Shown: positions 59,806 to 64,000 of the stretch, one piece after another | How positions within the stretch are numbered: the stretch's first letter is position 1 | Layout: each line of letters begins with the position of its first letter | Assembly: GCA_028280285.1 (NCBI GenBank) | Contig: JANQMA010000050.1 | Span: 38,055-102,054, forward strand | Direction of reading: 5' to 3' | Length of the DNA: 64,000 bases | Source of the DNA: Candidatus Omnitrophota bacterium | GTDB taxonomy: Bacteria; Omnitrophota; Gorgyraeia; Zapsychrales; Zapsychraceae | The notes under the pieces: generated by a model | Databases searched by the model: none | What the model was told of the DNA's origin: nothing | What the model saw: the letters and a program-made list of their open reading frames with translations, nothing else | Translations under genes and position numbers: made by a program

Positions 59806-60504
59806 ATGAATCTAAAGAAGATCTCACTTTTTGTTATTCTCTGCGGGTGTATTTACGGTGCGTTTCAGTTTTCTGAAGGCCGTATTGATATTCAACAAGT
59901 ATTTGACTATATTGAGGCGCTCGGTTTTTGGGCGCCTGTTTTATATGTCGGGGCTTATATTCTCATTTCGGGTTTTCTTGTCCCGTCGGTTGTGTTTAAG
60001 GTCTTTGCCGGCGCCGCGTTTGGTGTTGTCAACGGCCTTATTATCGCGTCGGTTGCGGCAGCGATTTCTTCCCTTATCAAGTTTCTCCTTGCCCGGTATT
60101 TTTTCCAAGACTCTTTCTTAAAAAAGATTCATGAGAATGCACGCCTTAATGCGATCAGCCATGTTATCGAAAGGGATGGATGGAAGATGCTTATTATGCT
60201 GCGCAATGTTCCTGTTGTCAGCGGGATGTTTCTTAATTATATATGCGGTGTTACCAAGATGCGGTCGTTTGATTTTGTGACCGCGTCATTTATCGGAAGG
60301 CTTCCCCAGACATTTGTTCTGGCTTACTTGGGATATCTTTTAGGTTATACCGTCGGGCTCGAACAAAGTGCAGGAGAAAACATTGTGGCCCAGTGGGCGA
60401 TGTTTGGTGTTGGTCTTATGGCCACGCTTGGGGCATGCTATTATGCCTTTAGACTTTATAAAAGAGTTTTGGCACGTGAAGAGGCGTTGGAGTTAGGGGT
60501 ATAG
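59806..60504 (+). CDS. TVP38/DedA (VTT domain) membrane protein
   Basis: AG.AFG...G, FLLARY, LRNVP and NY.CG.T motifs. Confidence 0.85.
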   Translation: MNLKKISLFVILCGCIYGAFQFSEGRIDIQQVFDYIEALGFWAPVLYVGAYILISGFLVPSVVFKVFAGAAFGVVNGLIIASVAAAISSLIKFLLARYFFQDSFLKKIHENARLNAISHVIERDGWKMLIMLRNVPVVSGMFLNYICGVTKMRSFDFVTASFIGRLPQTFVLAYLGYLLGYTVGLEQSAGENIVAQWAMFGVGLMATLGACYYAFRLYKRVLAREEALELGV

Positions 60505-60505
60505 G

Positions 60506-61168
60506 ATGAAAAGTTTGTGGGTATTAGTATTCATTTTATCTGTATGTGTCGGACAGGCACACGCAAAAGAATACACATATCATTATTTTAAAGAATCAAC
60601 CGGTGAGGTTCGGGAGAAACATTTTCTTGAAATTAAACGTTTGAAAAAGGGGCATATGGAGATTAAACGGGAGGTTCAATCCGCCGATAAAGCATTGGAA
60701 GAAGAAATGGTTGTGGATGAGAATGGAGCAACACTTTCTTGGGAGGTAGAGGATGAAAAAGAGGACACAAAATATAAAGGTGAGCGTCAGGGCAACACAT
60801 TGATTCTTAAGGGCAGGCATAAAGGCGCTGTTCTGGATAAAGAAGTTGAGTTAGATAATAAGCCATTTTATTTTACACCGAAATTTAATCTTATGCGCTT
60901 TGCGGCATCTGAAGCAGAACAGGTTAGATTTTGGATGCTACGTAAAGATGAGTTGACCAAATATCTTATGCAGGCGAAGAAAAAGGCGGTTGAGACAATT
61001 ATTGTCAATGGCAAAGAGGTAGAGGCAATCAAAGTCTATTATTCAGCGACGGGTGCCGGAGAGAAATTTTATAAGCGGACGTATTATTTTAGAAAATCCG
61101 ACGGTCTTTTTTTGAAGAAAAAGGCCCCTAAGAAAGCCAAGAGTTTAACGGCAGAGCTTATTCTTTAA
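60506..61168 (+). CDS. Hypothetical exported protein
   Basis: Signal peptide (AHA cleavage-like), beta-rich 220-aa ORF. Confidence 0.7.
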   Translation: MKSLWVLVFILSVCVGQAHAKEYTYHYFKESTGEVREKHFLEIKRLKKGHMEIKREVQSADKALEEEMVVDENGATLSWEVEDEKEDTKYKGERQGNTLILKGRHKGAVLDKEVELDNKPFYFTPKFNLMRFAASEAEQVRFWMLRKDELTKYLMQAKKKAVETIIVNGKEVEAIKVYYSATGAGEKFYKRTYYFRKSDGLFLKKKAPKKAKSLTAELIL

Positions 61169-61922
61169 TTTTTTTGCGGCGATTCTGCACATAGGCGTGC
61201 TGAACGGCTGTGTAAGGATCAAACGCATCGTCCACAATTCTTTCATAATTGTCCCGGATATTATAAGAGAAATTATTAACCCGGCGCACATAACGGGCAA
61301 CGGTCCAGGCGTCTTCCGGATCAACATCGGTGGCCGATAGCCAGGTAAATGGGTTAAAAACAGCATCGCCCACATAACCTAAAATATCCCGCCCGGTTGT
61401 TGGTCCGAGAATAGGGACAACTAGATAAAAGCCTTCATCCATACCATAGTATCCCAGCGTTTGTCCGAAGTCTTCACTTTGTTTCTCCAGATTAAAGGCA
61501 GCTTTAGCCGGATCAAAAAACCCACCCAAACCGATAGTTGAATTAATCAGAAACCTTCCGGCGACAATACCGGCTGATTTGCCTTTTTTCTGAAATACGT
61601 TATTGAAGAAACGTTTCGGTGCCGCCAAATTCACAAATAAATTGTTGATGCATTTTCGTGCCGGACGCGGGACAATCATATCATAGCCTTTAGACAAAGG
61701 ATTGAATATATACGTAATTAACTTATCGTTAAACGTAAACATGGCTTTATTAAATTTATTGAGCGGATCATTGATCTGTACGGTTTCTTCTTCAGACTCC
61801 CAATCGTCTTCTATTTCTAAAATGTCTTGGGTTAGAAAATCTTCGGCGTGTATATGGCTGGGGGTAAAACAAATAAATGAAAAGAGGAGAAATAAAATAA
61901 TAAATAGATTTTGTTTTTTCAT
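61158..61922 (-). CDS. mlaA: MlaA/VacJ family protein
   Basis: DPL..FNKAMF.FND, RFLINSTIGLGG, EDFGQTLG and LGPTT.RD motifs. Confidence 0.92.
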   Translation of the reverse strand: MKKQNLFIILFLLFSFICFTPSHIHAEDFLTQDILEIEDDWESEEETVQINDPLNKFNKAMFTFNDKLITYIFNPLSKGYDMIVPRPARKCINNLFVNLAAPKRFFNNVFQKKGKSAGIVAGRFLINSTIGLGGFFDPAKAAFNLEKQSEDFGQTLGYYGMDEGFYLVVPILGPTTGRDILGYVGDAVFNPFTWLSATDVDPEDAWTVARYVRRVNNFSYNIRDNYERIVDDAFDPYTAVQHAYVQNRRKKIKE

Positions 61923-61929
61923 AGATTCC

Positions 61930-62550
61930 TTATTTTGCGCGTAGTTTGACCATTAAGTCTTCAAAGGAAGACTCTCCTAAAATAGTATTAAACTGGCTGC
62001 GGTAATTACCGACTGTACTAACACCTTCTATAATAATATCATATATTTTCCATCCATTACCAGAATCATACATATTAAAATCGACAGAAATTTTTTTACC
62101 GTTTGTCAGTAGTATATTGGTTTGTACCCTGCTGCGTTTGCCTTGCGACTTTTCTCTTAGGTAAACAATTTGTTCTCCCGAATAGGCATCGGTTTTGGTT
62201 AGATATGTATCTTTCAAGACTTTAACAAAAACTTTGATAAATTCTTTTTTCTCTTCTGGTGTGCGTGCCCTCCAATGATGGCCGAGGGAGCGTTTGGCGA
62301 TTTGTTCGAAACTAAAGATTGGTTTAAGGACATGCCATAGTTTTTCCCGGCGTTCTTTGATTTTATCAAACCCTTGCAGGTTGGGATCATCCAGTACTTT
62401 TAGGCTGCGATCAATGGTAGCGACGATAATTTTACCCGGGAGTTCCTGGTTTTTGGTGCCTTTAGTGTTTTGAGCCGATACAGCGCGCGGTGTTAAAAGG
62501 CTGGCGGTAAGTATAAAATAAAAGAATAATAGAGGAAGCTGTTTTATCAA
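61930..62550 (-). CDS. mlaC: MlaC phospholipid-binding protein
   Basis: LG.HW and WKIYDIIIEGVS...NYRSQF motifs. Confidence 0.9.
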   Translation of the reverse strand: MIKQLPLLFFYFILTASLLTPRAVSAQNTKGTKNQELPGKIIVATIDRSLKVLDDPNLQGFDKIKERREKLWHVLKPIFSFEQIAKRSLGHHWRARTPEEKKEFIKVFVKVLKDTYLTKTDAYSGEQIVYLREKSQGKRSRVQTNILLTNGKKISVDFNMYDSGNGWKIYDIIIEGVSTVGNYRSQFNTILGESSFEDLMVKLRAK

Positions 62551-62552
62551 AA

Positions 62553-62993
62553 CTATTCGTCTCCTACAACAAGATTTTTGACCACTGATAATAAATCAAA
62601 AGAAGGCTCTGTGTCAAATATGCTTTCGTTGGGGCCCAATACGATGTCTGATCCACCGGGAAGGATTTCAACATAGTTCTCACCAAGAATTCCTTTTGTG
62701 CGGATGGAGGCAATGGCATCATCCTGGATTTCGATCCCGTTTTTAATCAGCATGGTCACTTTAGCCTGATAGTCGTCTAGTTCGATTGACTTGACTTTGC
62801 CGATAGTAACCCCGGCGATTTCAATGTTGGTATCTGTTTTAAGACCGGTGACGGAGGTAAAGGTTGCGCTGACGGGATAATATTTATTGTTAAAGAAATC
62901 AACCTGCCCGAGATTAATCGAAATATAGGCCATGCATAAGAGGCCGATGAGAATAAATGCTCCGACTGAAAATTCAACGGCTGCTTTTTTCAT
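62553..62993 (-). CDS. mlaD: MlaD MCE-domain protein
   Basis: VGAF, F.SVTGL, AGV.IGKV and IRTKGILGENY motifs. Confidence 0.92.
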   Translation of the reverse strand: MKKAAVEFSVGAFILIGLLCMAYISINLGQVDFFNNKYYPVSATFTSVTGLKTDTNIEIAGVTIGKVKSIELDDYQAKVTMLIKNGIEIQDDAIASIRTKGILGENYVEILPGGSDIVLGPNESIFDTEPSFDLLSVVKNLVVGDE

Positions 62994-63025
62994 AATATAA
63001 TCCTTGGTTAGTGTTTAATTATTTA

Positions 63026-63080
63026 GTTGCTCGTTGCTAGTCGCTTGTTGCCAGCAACCGGCAACCAGCAACCAGCAACG
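63026..63080. repeat. Heptamer palindromic element (GTTGCTx / AGCAACC family)
   Basis: gttgctc/gttgcta/gtcgctt/gttgcc ... agcaacc units. Related in reverse complement to 17087-17112. Confidence 0.85.
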
Positions 63081-63098
63081 GCTGGTCAAATTTTTTAT

Positions 63099-63830
63099 CT
63101 AATTGTCCAGCTCCCCATGGAGAAATTTCTGAACAATGCTATTATCCGAGTTTTTAATTTTCTGCGGTGTCCCTGATTCAACAATAGATCCGTTATGCAG
63201 CATAGCTACCTGATCGACGATACTGAAAATATTAGGTATTTCATGGCTGACAATAATGGCTGTCAGATTATTTTTTTTCTGTAGTGATCTGATTAATGCG
63301 TGAATCGTGTTAGTTGTCATCGGATCAAGGCCTGTTGTCGGCTCATCAAAAAGAATTATTTCCGGATGCGTAATCAAACAGCGTGCCAGGGCAACGCGTT
63401 TTTTCATGCCGCCGCTGATCTGTGATGGAAATTTATTACGGTCTTTACGTAAGCCCACATCATCCAATGCTTTTAATACTTTTTTGCGGATGGCATAGGG
63501 TTTAAGATTTGTTTTTTCTTTCACGGGAAAGGCGACATTTTCATAGACATTAAGAGAATCAAACAAAGCACTGCCTTGAAACACAATGCCTAAACGTTCC
63601 TTGATGCCTTTCAAATCGCTACCTTTAAGATGATGGATGTTTAAGTTATTGATTAAAACTTGTCCACCGTCGGGCCTAAGCAGTCCGATAATGTGTTTAA
63701 GCAAAACAGATTTGCCCTTACCGCTGGATCCGATTAGAGCGCAGATTTCGCCTGTTTTGACCGTTAGGTTAACGCCTTTTAAAATCTTTTGGTCGTCAAA
63801 ATTTTTAACAAGGTTTTTTATTTCTATCAT
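63099..63830 (-). CDS. mlaF: MlaF ABC ATPase
   Basis: GSSGKGKS, ALFDSL.VYENV, ISGGMKKRVALAR and DEPTTGLDP motifs. Confidence 0.92.
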   Translation of the reverse strand: MIEIKNLVKNFDDQKILKGVNLTVKTGEICALIGSSGKGKSVLLKHIIGLLRPDGGQVLINNLNIHHLKGSDLKGIKERLGIVFQGSALFDSLNVYENVAFPVKEKTNLKPYAIRKKVLKALDDVGLRKDRNKFPSQISGGMKKRVALARCLITHPEIILFDEPTTGLDPMTTNTIHALIRSLQKKNNLTAIIVSHEIPNIFSIVDQVAMLHNGSIVESGTPQKIKNSDNSIVQKFLHGELDN

Positions 63831-63854
63831 ATTTTTAGAAGTAAATAACTCCGG

Positions 63855-63903
63855 TTCGTACGACGTACTTCGTACTTCGTGGACCATGATGTAGCAAGTA
63901 CGA
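63855..63903. repeat. Heptamer palindromic element (GTACTTx family)
   Basis: cgtacga/cgtactt/cgtactt ... aagtacga. Confidence 0.65.
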
Positions 63904-64000
63904 TTAAAAGATCATTACCGACGTTATAAAATAATCACATATCAAAATAACCACTGATGATGATACAACCGCTTGTGTGGTGGCTTTACTCACGCCTTCA
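63904..64000 (-). CDS. mlaE: MlaE permease, C-terminal fragment
   Basis: Minus strand reads EGVSKATTQAVVSSSVVILICDYFITSVMIF*, a typical MlaE C-terminus. Confidence 0.88.
   Translation of the reverse strand, partial: EGVSKATTQAVVSSSVVILICDYFITSVMIF

Overview
Chromosomal window from a diderm bacterium. The giant ORF with D-x-A-(A)-M motifs and a C-terminal GGIDLNP tail suggests Omnitrophota, but that is an inference. In order: the C-terminal >=2309 aa of a giant modular protein; SPOR protein, miaA, hflX; a CIRCE-regulated hrcA-grpE-dnaK-dnaJ operon; accD, a MalK-type ATPase and two diguanylate cyclases; lptD and a large surface-polysaccharide cluster (GDP-heptose enzymes, split TPP enzyme, B12 radical SAM, ColD/E1-type His-PLP enzyme); a degenerate priA and fmt; a small accessory island (REP pair, KilA-N, HEPN/MNT toxin-antitoxin); gap; a RiPP-like locus; a kinase; and the mlaEFDCA operon. 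The best candidate for a new system is 49252-57801: TonB receptor, orphan peptide-binding protein, an unannotated 37-aa Cys-Cys precursor (52951-53064), radical SAM/SPASM maturase, Cache-HAMP histidine kinase, AraC-type response regulator and a pseudo-receiver. A shared promoter motif there suggests an autoinducing peptide-signalling circuit. Also notable are the giant protein's DNA-level module junction motifs and about 13 short-period (mostly heptamer) palindromic elements at gene junctions, two of which bracket miaA as inverted copies.
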